64,000 nucleotides of DNA from NCBI GenBank assembly GCA_020348065.1, contig CP070742.1:312494-376493 (forward strand), in the 5' to 3' direction. How positions within the stretch are numbered: position 1 is the stretch's first letter; every line of letters begins with the position of its first letter. A program made the position numbers and the translations under genes. The notes under the pieces are model-generated. The model searched no databases. It was not told the DNA's origin and saw only the letters and a list, made by a program, of their open reading frames with translations. Origin of the DNA: Candidatus Zixiibacteriota bacterium (GTDB lineage Bacteria; Zixibacteria; MSB-5A5; UBA10806). This document shows positions 53,703-62,114 of this stretch, piece by piece.

Positions 53703-55040
53703 CTATTTTTCCATTTTTATTATTTCCGAATTGTCAATTATATATTCGAGGACCTTGCCCTCGATAATTGAATCGTCTATTTCACTTTGTTTCCTCGATT
53801 TACCTAAAGCCTCCCGGGCCCTTTCTTCGGTCAGGTTATGAGCTACCGAGAAATCGTGAACCCATTTTGCCCTATCTTCCGACGTCACCCTGATATTTTC
53901 CGCCCTGGCGATCTCATAAAACAGGAAATTCCAGCGTATCAGATTTTCGCCCATGGGACGATATTGATTCCTTATTGAATCTTCATCGACAGCTTCGCCC
54001 CTCGATTTATAATCATCCACCACAGTATTCAGATATTTATCTAAAAGGGATATGGGAACATCAAAGCTGTTAGTCTCAACAACCTTCTTGATTATTTCGG
54101 ACCGCAGGGCTCTGGTGGCTTCGTTTTCAGCTTGTCGCTCAAGGTTTTTCTTTAAAGATTCCCGAAATTCGCTAACCTTTTTATGAGGAGAGACTTTAGC
54201 AACCAACTCGTCATTAACTTCCGGTAAATTCCTTTTCTTGACCTCCTTGACCACCGCTGTATACGTAATTTCATTACCGGCAAGATTTTTATCATAGTAA
54301 TCCTCTGGATACTTGACAGCGATATCCTTCATTTCACCGATGCGCATATCCAGCAGACCCTCCTGAAACTCCTTCAGGACGCCCTCGGCGCCCAATATTA
54401 TCTCAACGTCTTCAAGCTTATCTTCCTTTAGCCGGTTCAGCTTATCGAATTTCTTCAAAAGATCGACTTTCAGCTGATCGCCGTTCATCGACCGCCGTTC
54501 CACCGGCTCGAATTCCGCCATCCTTTCGCGCATGTACTCTATGGAATCATCCACGTCCTTCTCAGCGACTTTGCGGACAATTTTCTCCACCCGGAATCCC
54601 TTATACTTTTTCAGCTTAACATCCGGCCTTATTTCAATTTCGGCCTTGAATCTTAAGGATTTGTTCTTCTCGAACTCAACGTCGGTCACTTTCGGGCTGG
54701 CCAGGGGCCAGATCTTTTCCCGTATAATGGCCTGCTTATAGGCCTCATCGACAAGCGATTCCAGCACCTCCAGATTGACATCGGCCTCGAATTTTTTCTC
54801 GATTATATTCATCGGAGCTTTGCCCGGCCGGAAACCGGGGATATTGGCTTTCTGGCGAAAATCGCCGTAGACTTCCCGGAACTTCGCATCCACTTTTTCG
54901 GACGGGACTTCGATGGCAAGAAACCTGGTCCAGGACTGTCCCTTGGAAATATCAACTTTTAAATTCTCTATTTCGTTGCCGGATTCAATCTCCGGATCAA
55001 TAGCGCCGTTTTTCTGATCGTCATCAGGGTTCTTGGTCAT
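53703..55040 (-). CDS. tig: Trigger factor
   Basis: 445 aa. GFRPGKAP ribosome-binding signature. Canonical tig-clpP-clpX order. Confidence 0.9.
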   Translation of the reverse strand: MTKNPDDDQKNGAIDPEIESGNEIENLKVDISKGQSWTRFLAIEVPSEKVDAKFREVYGDFRQKANIPGFRPGKAPMNIIEKKFEADVNLEVLESLVDEAYKQAIIREKIWPLASPKVTDVEFEKNKSLRFKAEIEIRPDVKLKKYKGFRVEKIVRKVAEKDVDDSIEYMRERMAEFEPVERRSMNGDQLKVDLLKKFDKLNRLKEDKLEDVEIILGAEGVLKEFQEGLLDMRIGEMKDIAVKYPEDYYDKNLAGNEITYTAVVKEVKKRNLPEVNDELVAKVSPHKKVSEFRESLKKNLERQAENEATRALRSEIIKKVVETNSFDVPISLLDKYLNTVVDDYKSRGEAVDEDSIRNQYRPMGENLIRWNFLFYEIARAENIRVTSEDRAKWVHDFSVAHNLTEERAREALGKSRKQSEIDDSIIEGKVLEYIIDNSEIIKMEK

Positions 55041-55065
55041 CTCAAATCCTTATTTTATCTCTTAA

Positions 55066-55147
55066 TGCGAAAGGGGGGATTTGAACCCCCACCCCTTGCG
55101 GGACTGGATCCTAAATCCAGCGCGTCTGCCGGTTCCGCCACTCTCGC
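55066..55147 (-). tRNA. tRNA-Leu, anticodon TAG
   Basis: Hand-folded 82 nt. Acceptor stem GCGAGAG/CTTTCGC. Anticodon stem CTGGA/TCCAG with loop TTTAGGA. Variable arm CCC..GGG. T-arm GGGGG-TTCAAAT-CCCCC. Confidence 0.9.
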
Positions 55148-55164
55148 AAAACGCCTAAACCAAA

Positions 55165-55193
55165 ATATTACACAAATATCGCTGAAAACGCAA
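55165..55193 (-). promoter_or_regulatory. Sigma-70-like promoter of tRNA-Leu (TTGCGT-17 nt-TAATAT)
   Basis: On the minus strand: TTGCGT (55193-55188), 17-nt spacer, TAATAT (55170-55165). 17 nt upstream of the tRNA 5' end. Confidence 0.4.
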
Positions 55194-55337
55194 TTGACTT
55201 TTCTATTTGCCGATGCGGCGATTGATAAAAACCTTTCGCTAAATAGAGAATTTTCGACCGCTAAGTTATAGAATCCAGGTCAAACGATTTTAAACCGCTC
55301 CATAATAACTACAATATAAATATCATATCGGTGAAAT

Positions 55338-56303
55338 TTATTTAAATAGTATCGGAGGGTGCCTAAGATATTCCGTCGTTCGTTTTTTCTGATCCAGGTC
55401 GCGCCATACCCGTTCAACCTGTTCGACCGTTAATCCCATAACTTCGGCAACCTCATCAATAGGAAACCCGCTTTCCTTGGCATACCACAACTGATCCATA
55501 ATCTTGAAATCGAGCCCGAAAAAGAACTCCTTTTGGCTGACATCGGATGGGTAAGTTTCCGCGGACGGCGTTCTGGCACATATTTCCTCCGGGATATCCA
55601 GATATTGGGCAAGCTGAAAAACCTGCGTTTTGTAGAAGCCCACTATCGGTTTAATGTCTACGCCGCCGTCGCCGTATTTTACAAAAAAACCCTGTTCATA
55701 CTCATTTTTATTGGCCGTACCGACTACCGCGTAATTGCGCTTTTCCGCCTCATGATATAGTGTCAGCATCCTTATGCGCTGCTTCATGTTGGAGGCCGCC
55801 ACAATCTTCAGGTAAGATTTCAGCGGGAGCCTCTTTTCCATCTTTTGACCATCCGGAGACTCCACCGCGAGACGATAAACGTTTATCCTGTCTGATTCCA
55901 GAATATTGGATGGCAAAACTATCTTGGCCTCCCATCCCTCATCCCATTCCGGGAAAACCATTCTGAAACCGTCATTCCGATTTTTATAGCAGCCCGCGGC
56001 TTTCAACGGTTCCGTAACATCATCGATCACATACTCATACCCCACGGTCTTTGCCAGTTTGACGGCGAACTCCGTCGACTCCGGAGAATTGTCCCGGTCC
56101 GGCATTATCACTCCCAGTACCTTACCCGGGCCGAAAGCCTTTACGCATAACGCGGCTACCACCGATGAATCCACCCCGCCGGATGTCCCGACAACCACTC
56201 CCTGTCGCCTGAACTTCGTATAAACATTGTCCTTAAGTTTTCTGACCAATTCATTAACGACGTTCGGACAATCGAGTTTTATCAGGCCTTTAGAAAATCT
56301 CAA
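55338..56303 (-). CDS. nadE: NAD+ synthetase-like PP-loop ATPase (NadE family)
   Basis: 321 aa. SGGVDSSV PP-loop. Length and overall pattern fit ammonia-dependent NadE. It is the last gene of the exosortase-linked operon. Confidence 0.7.
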   Translation of the reverse strand: MRFSKGLIKLDCPNVVNELVRKLKDNVYTKFRRQGVVVGTSGGVDSSVVAALCVKAFGPGKVLGVIMPDRDNSPESTEFAVKLAKTVGYEYVIDDVTEPLKAAGCYKNRNDGFRMVFPEWDEGWEAKIVLPSNILESDRINVYRLAVESPDGQKMEKRLPLKSYLKIVAASNMKQRIRMLTLYHEAEKRNYAVVGTANKNEYEQGFFVKYGDGGVDIKPIVGFYKTQVFQLAQYLDIPEEICARTPSAETYPSDVSQKEFFFGLDFKIMDQLWYAKESGFPIDEVAEVMGLTVEQVERVWRDLDQKKRTTEYLRHPPILFK

Positions 56304-56313
56304 TGCTACCTCA

Positions 56314-56562
56314 TCAACCGGATTTTTTGCGATTGACGAAATTGATCAGGTTTACTACGGAATCAAGGTTTTCGGGGATAAGCTCTTCGTCATCAATCTG
56401 TATATCAAAATTCTCCTCCAGAAATCCTATAAGCTCAAGGATGCCCGTAGAGTCTACTATCCCTTTATCCAGAAGCGAATCGCCGTCCGCAAGATTTTCC
56501 GGATTCATGCCCATCATAAAATTATCCGTAATGAAATTTCTAACTTTATCCCGAATCTCCAA
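56314..56562 (-). CDS. Acyl carrier protein
   Basis: 82 aa. LDKGIVDSTGILELIGFLEE with the phosphopantetheine-attachment Ser in the DS motif. Confidence 0.8.
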   Translation of the reverse strand: MEIRDKVRNFITDNFMMGMNPENLADGDSLLDKGIVDSTGILELIGFLEENFDIQIDDEELIPENLDSVVNLINFVNRKKSG

Positions 56563-56738
56563 AATTCCTCCAAATATCTGTCTGGTCGGAGTAGTAGGCG
56601 ACGTAATTTTTATTTAACAAAGGTTCCCCCCGCATCTTAACTTAATGACCCCAAAACAAGTTTCGACTTTATTCACATATCCTTTATTTAGGCACAAAAT
56701 TTAATCGGCAAATATCTAATATTCAACTATTATCTGGC

Positions 56739-58721
56739 TTACTCAGAAAAATCATGCCACACCTTATAAGAGTTTTCGCTTAAGGACACGGCCGGGCTAA
56801 AATTATCGACATACCGGTCTATTAGAAGTTGAGCGGACAAAATACCTATAAATGACATATTATCCTTGAACGACAGGTGAGCGTGATAAAGCCTCGAGCA
56901 TTTCGCCGACAGCTTCGAGACGAATAAAGGATTAAATACGCCTGCCTCCTTTAGAGAGGTCTCGGAAAGTATATCGCTGATATAAGCCGGGGAATCCTTT
57001 TGAAAGAAACTGTTTGAATCCGGCGCCATATACGGCTGTTTGACTCTCTCGGTAATTTCCGGCGGAAGCTCTTTTTTCATGGCCTTTTTAAGAACCAGTT
57101 TCTCCTTGAGCCCCAATATCTTATACCAGGGAGGAATCCTCGCTCCCAGTTCCACAATCCGATGATCCAGAAACGGATATCGCCCCTCAATTGAATTCGC
57201 CGCCGATACCCTGTCGCCCTGCGATGAGAGCAGATAACCCGAAAGCAATGATCCTGCTTCAAGATATTGTGCTCTTAAAAGATGACGCCATCCATAAAAA
57301 GATTCCGGTATATGATCTTTAAAAGATCCCACCGAATCATGGCCCTTCAGCTGCGATTTAACTTCATCCGTAAAATAGTCTTTTATCTTGGTTGTGGTGT
57401 TTATTCTGGGAATATGAGAAAAATAAAACTCCTCCGTCTCCAAAAGGCCCGACCTGTAAAAGGTTTCAAGATAAAATCTTGCCCTGGAGGCCGAAAGCGG
57501 CAAGGTCGGATAGAGCCTTTTCAATAAGAGAGGCCTCCATTTCGATTCGGGTTCTTTAGCCCAGAAATTACGGATCAACGTTTCCTTAAAGATATCATAT
57601 CCCGCCAGAATTTCGTCCGCGCCCTCGCCGGTTAATACCACTTTGAAATTATTCTGCCGCACCAGACCGGACAGCATATAAAGAGGTGCGGGGGCCGTGC
57701 GAAGGATCGGGCGTTCCGTATGCCATACAACCTTCGGGAAATTCTCGGCGATATCTTTATAAGAGCACTTTATTTGGTGATGGTTGGTGCCGAGAAACTC
57801 AGCCATCTGATTCTGGTATTCCGATTCGTCATAGGCCTTATCGTGAAACGCGATAGAAAACGTCTCGACTCTTGTATCCGTGAAGTTCCTTATAAGAGCC
57901 GTCGTAGTCGATGAATCGAGCCCACCGGATAGATACGCTCCCACGGGAACATCCGCCCTCAATCTTAACCTGACGGCGTCGACTAAAAGGGCATGCAGTT
58001 CCTCGGCCCAGGAATCCAGATTCCTACCTGAATCGAACTCAGCCGGAAAATCCATAGACCAGTACTGTCTTTTCTCAAGCCGACCATTCTTAATCTCAAT
58101 AAAAGTCCCGGCCTCAAGCTCATTGATATTTTCAAATGCCGTGCGGGGCGGCGAGGTCGTCCACCAGGTGAATATCTCGTCCAGTCCCTTATAATCCAAT
58201 CTTCTCGGAATCGCCGGCTCGCAGAAAATCGATTTTATTTCGGACGCGAAGTAAAAACGCCCGTTATACGTGGTATAAAAGACAGGCCTTATCCCCAACC
58301 TGTCCCTGGCCACGAAAAGAGATTTATCTTTTTTATCATATATGGCAAACGCAAACTGCCCATTGAAATGGCTGAGGCAGTCTTCCCCCCATTGCTCGTA
58401 TGAGTGAACGATCACCTCCGTATCGGAACGGGTCTTGAATTTGTGCCCGCTTTTTTCCAGCTCAGTCCTCAGTTCAATATAATTAAAAATTTCGCCGTTA
58501 AATGTAATCCATAATGTCTCATCCTCGTTGGAAAGCGGCTGAGAACCGGTGGCCAGGTCTATGATCGACAGCCTCGCCTGTCCCAGTGTGCATATATTAT
58601 CCATGTACGCCCCGAATTCATCCGGCCCCCGATGCCGTATCATATTCACCATCCGGCCGATTAATTCCCGGTCGGGCGATGATTCGCTTTTCAGGTTGAA
58701 ATATCCCGCTATACCGCACAT
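56739..58721 (-). CDS. Asparagine synthase (glutamine-hydrolysing)-family amidotransferase, exosortase-locus type
   Basis: 660 aa. MCGIAG N-terminal nucleophile Cys. SGGLDSS PP-loop. Confidence 0.85.
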   Translation of the reverse strand: MCGIAGYFNLKSESSPDRELIGRMVNMIRHRGPDEFGAYMDNICTLGQARLSIIDLATGSQPLSNEDETLWITFNGEIFNYIELRTELEKSGHKFKTRSDTEVIVHSYEQWGEDCLSHFNGQFAFAIYDKKDKSLFVARDRLGIRPVFYTTYNGRFYFASEIKSIFCEPAIPRRLDYKGLDEIFTWWTTSPPRTAFENINELEAGTFIEIKNGRLEKRQYWSMDFPAEFDSGRNLDSWAEELHALLVDAVRLRLRADVPVGAYLSGGLDSSTTTALIRNFTDTRVETFSIAFHDKAYDESEYQNQMAEFLGTNHHQIKCSYKDIAENFPKVVWHTERPILRTAPAPLYMLSGLVRQNNFKVVLTGEGADEILAGYDIFKETLIRNFWAKEPESKWRPLLLKRLYPTLPLSASRARFYLETFYRSGLLETEEFYFSHIPRINTTTKIKDYFTDEVKSQLKGHDSVGSFKDHIPESFYGWRHLLRAQYLEAGSLLSGYLLSSQGDRVSAANSIEGRYPFLDHRIVELGARIPPWYKILGLKEKLVLKKAMKKELPPEITERVKQPYMAPDSNSFFQKDSPAYISDILSETSLKEAGVFNPLFVSKLSAKCSRLYHAHLSFKDNMSFIGILSAQLLIDRYVDNFSPAVSLSENSYKVWHDFSE

Positions 58722-58758
58722 CCAATAAAACCGGCCGTTTAAAGTTCCTTATAATATT

Positions 58759-60270
58759 TTACTTTTTCAATATTTTCCCGGATTCCGATTGGGGAAGTTT
58801 TTCGACAATCTCTATATACCTGGGGATCATCAAATCCTCGAGGTTTTCCCGGCAGTGACGAAGTATCTCATCGATCGAAATATCCGATCCCTGCTTTCTG
58901 ACAACCTCCGCCTTTATGGCATTGCCCATGATTTCATCCGGAACCGGGGTAACCCTGACCGCGATAATATCTTTCAATTCATATAGTACGTTTTCTATCT
59001 CCTTGGGGGATACTCTTTCCCCCCGGCATTTAATTATATCATCCAATCGGCCCCTAAAATATAGATAACCGCCCTCATCGATCCTGAATAGATCGCCGGT
59101 ATACAACACCTGTTCCCAGGGGTACCGACCCGGTTTGAGCACCTTCGCGGTTCCTTCCGGGTCATTCCAGTAACACCTCATAACGTTCGATCCCCTGACG
59201 ACAAGCTCGCCGGTTGCATCTCGTTCTTTGAAATCCCCCCTTTCATCGACCACATATACTTCGGTATTGGGCATTGCAATCCCTACCGAATCCGGTTTTT
59301 TATCTATCATGGCCGGCGAAAGGTAGGCGACCCGCTTGCATTCAGTAAGCCCGTACATCGAATAAATCTTGGCGTTTGGAAATATCTTTTTCAACCGGGG
59401 AATATAGCTGGGCGGAAGCGCCGCCCCGGTATTGCTTATATAGCGGACACTGGAAAGATCCTTTTTCTCTAAACCTTCCATTTGCAGAAAAATGGCCATC
59501 ATGGTGGGCACGCAGGGAAGACCGGTTACTTGCTTTGACTGTATCAATTTAACCAGCTTGAAGGGATAGCCGAATTTTTTCTCTAAAACCACTGTCCCGG
59601 AAAATAAAAACGCCGTAAGTACCTGGTAAAGACCGTAATCGAAAGACAGCGGCAGAACGTCCAGAATTATATCCGAGGTCACGTTTTCCAGATACTGTGT
59701 AATCGATCGCGCCGCAGTAACCATGTTCCGATGAGACAGGGTCACTCCCTTGGGATCGCCCGTTGAACCTGATGTATATATTATAGCAGCGAGATCGAGA
59801 TCTATAATTCTAAGATTCGGTAGTTCCGAATCTTCGTTCATTATATCCTGGAATTGTAGCGCCCATCCGGGATTATCATCAATTGTGATTATCGGCGGTA
59901 GATCGATTTGCGTCTTAAGCTTTTCCAGCATCTCTGTCTTGGTACTGTCGGTTACTATAAACTCGGGAGAGCAATTTTTTAAGATATAAAGGAATTTGTT
60001 CGATTTTATGGTTTGATTTACTACCGAGAAAGCCCCTCCGGCCAGGAGAGTCCCGAAAATAGATATTACCGTCTCCGGATTATTCTCGAGGTAAGTAATG
60101 ACTCGATCCCCTTTTTTAAGCCCACGCTTGGCCATGAAACCTGCAAAATTACGGGAATATCTATATATCCGGCCATAACTGTATGAATCGTCGCCAAAAT
60201 GCAGGGCGGCCTTATCCGGATAATCCGAGGCCGATCTTTTCAGAAAATCGCTGAGTAAAAAAACATTCAT
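58759..60270 (-). CDS. AMP-forming acyl-CoA/acyl-ACP ligase
   Basis: IYTSGSTGDPKG AMP-binding motif and a C-terminal GKILKK. Start set at ATG 60270 (MNVFLLSDFLKRSASDYPDKAAL). The ORF is open to TTG 60336. Confidence 0.85.
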   Translation of the reverse strand: MNVFLLSDFLKRSASDYPDKAALHFGDDSYSYGRIYRYSRNFAGFMAKRGLKKGDRVITYLENNPETVISIFGTLLAGGAFSVVNQTIKSNKFLYILKNCSPEFIVTDSTKTEMLEKLKTQIDLPPIITIDDNPGWALQFQDIMNEDSELPNLRIIDLDLAAIIYTSGSTGDPKGVTLSHRNMVTAARSITQYLENVTSDIILDVLPLSFDYGLYQVLTAFLFSGTVVLEKKFGYPFKLVKLIQSKQVTGLPCVPTMMAIFLQMEGLEKKDLSSVRYISNTGAALPPSYIPRLKKIFPNAKIYSMYGLTECKRVAYLSPAMIDKKPDSVGIAMPNTEVYVVDERGDFKERDATGELVVRGSNVMRCYWNDPEGTAKVLKPGRYPWEQVLYTGDLFRIDEGGYLYFRGRLDDIIKCRGERVSPKEIENVLYELKDIIAVRVTPVPDEIMGNAIKAEVVRKQGSDISIDEILRHCRENLEDLMIPRYIEIVEKLPQSESGKILKK

Positions 60271-60437
60271 CTCGTAATTTAAATCGCTCCTTTGGATATT
60301 CGGGGCCAAAATATCACATCCCGGGAAAAATGTCAATCCCCGGCTCTACAAAGACAAAACTTCAATAATATTGTCGGAAACCGAGGCGCCTTTTTAATAA
60401 ATATGACCCCCGATTGACACTTATTTTAGAATAATAA

Positions 60438-61061
60438 TTAAAAATTCAGATGCCTGTAAATCTCTTGCGCGAATACGCTTTCGAATTCATTCAGATGCCT
60501 CAGGCTTTCTTCGTCCCTATCGCTGATAATTCTCACAAAAGCTATATCGTTGGATCTGAATGTCAGGGAACTGATCATGCTGTAGAATTTAAACATGTAA
60601 TCGTTAGAGGTTTCGCCATATCTGGTAATATACCAGAAATCCATAACCATTTTTGATTCGCCCCGGCTTATATCGAAACTCCCGATTTTTATAACGCGAT
60701 CATTTACCATAATTTCACGTTCGGTCTCTTTTAAAATCGCCCAGCCCGAACCCGGCACGCAATTACGGGGGGAATGGGGTCCCCCGGGATTACTCTGGCC
60801 GGTAAAATAATCGAAAAACAGGTGAGCCGTAACCCCATCTCTATTTGTATACGTGGCGGAAAAAATAACGGAGGGATTTAGCATTTCGATAAATTCCGGT
60901 ATCAAATTATCCCTGCTGCCGATCCAACCGTCCTTCTCCAGCGGAAATTTGTCAATATTAACAACGTTTAATGCTTCCGGTTGGAAGCGTTTTATGGCAA
61001 ATCCAAACAGGAAGACAAAAATCTCCACCGAGAGAAATATTACGAACGCTTTTCTGACCAT
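60438..61061 (-). CDS. epsI: Exosortase-associated EpsI-family protein
   Basis: 207 aa with one N-terminal TM helix, then the periplasmic EpsI-like domain (HSPRNCVPGSGW motif). Overlaps the exosortase gene by 22 nt. Confidence 0.7.
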   Translation of the reverse strand: MVRKAFVIFLSVEIFVFLFGFAIKRFQPEALNVVNIDKFPLEKDGWIGSRDNLIPEFIEMLNPSVIFSATYTNRDGVTAHLFFDYFTGQSNPGGPHSPRNCVPGSGWAILKETEREIMVNDRVIKIGSFDISRGESKMVMDFWYITRYGETSNDYMFKFYSMISSLTFRSNDIAFVRIISDRDEESLRHLNEFESVFAQEIYRHLNF

Positions 61062-61891
61062 CTCAAAATCGACCCCATAATTACAATGAAAATAAAAGCT
61101 ACTGCGAACACCATTATTCCGGCTATTTCATGAAGAAAGCCTTCAGCGAATTCCACACTGATCGTATAGGCCGCAATAGCCGAGAAGATGAGCCTTAGAA
61201 TATTCGTGGCAATGGCTATGGGAATCGCGGCTAAAAACAGAATAAGTGGACGAATTTTCCCGGAAAGCGTTAAATGCCCATACAACGAACTAAGAGCCAG
61301 AAGCGAAACCAGGCTTCTCAAACCGCTGCAGGCCTCAACCACTTCCAGCGAGTACCCGGGGAGATTAAGGATATTTCCATGTCTGACCAGAGGTACTCCC
61401 AATACGTGTAGAAAAACCTCCGAGACTTTGCTGGCGAAAAGCTGCATGGGAAAGGTTGCGGAATAATAGACAACCGCCGGAACCGGCACCATAAAAATCA
61501 GAAACGCAAAGGAAAACCAGACTTTCTTAAAATTCGCTTCGCCAATATAATAGAGCGAAATACCGGCAATCATCATGAGCATTGAAACCCGGGTCGTAAA
61601 ATGCTCGCTGGAAGCGATTCCTAAAATATAAACAAATGAACCGAAACCGAATAGCAGAATCCCCCATCGGCTCGGCCTCGCCGGCAATAAAAGTTCCTTT
61701 CTTTTGCGCCAAATCAGAAAAATAAAGACCGGTATGACCAGAAATCCGTGCGAATAATTGCTGTCATACAGCCAATCCCCCACCAGGTTTGCGATTTCCG
61801 GGATATTGGCCAATAATATCGGTAATATTAAAATATAGAGATACTTATGTAATCTCCAGTGGCGCCATAAAACTTCACTGCCTGATTGCAT
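61040..61891 (-). CDS. Exosortase (EpsH/XrtA-like polytopic transpeptidase)
   Basis: YSHGFLVIP motif, catalytic-Cys motif VVEACSGLRSL, and 8 or more TM helices. Start set at ATG 61891 (AAGGAG 6 nt upstream). The ORF is open to TTG 61927. Confidence 0.85.
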   Translation of the reverse strand: MQSGSEVLWRHWRLHKYLYILILPILLANIPEIANLVGDWLYDSNYSHGFLVIPVFIFLIWRKRKELLLPARPSRWGILLFGFGSFVYILGIASSEHFTTRVSMLMMIAGISLYYIGEANFKKVWFSFAFLIFMVPVPAVVYYSATFPMQLFASKVSEVFLHVLGVPLVRHGNILNLPGYSLEVVEACSGLRSLVSLLALSSLYGHLTLSGKIRPLILFLAAIPIAIATNILRLIFSAIAAYTISVEFAEGFLHEIAGIMVFAVAFIFIVIMGSILRWSEKRS

Positions 61892-62114
61892 AAAAATCTC
61901 CTTATCGAAATTTATATCGGCCTCCAAAAAATATCAATAAGATATTTTTAATCCTCATCGTATGGTATTTTATGCCGGTAATGAATCTCTATCAATAATA
62001 TTCTTAACTCACTGCTTTTAAATGCAACCTAAAGGCGCCGCTCTATTCCAAAACCGATTGAGTACTGTTCAAATATCATATCGCGGTCGCGTATATATCG
62101 ACCGGAGACATGTA

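Noticed and set aside
55065-55271. 68-aa plus-strand ORF
   Set aside because: It is the antisense translation of tRNA-Leu and its promoter region.
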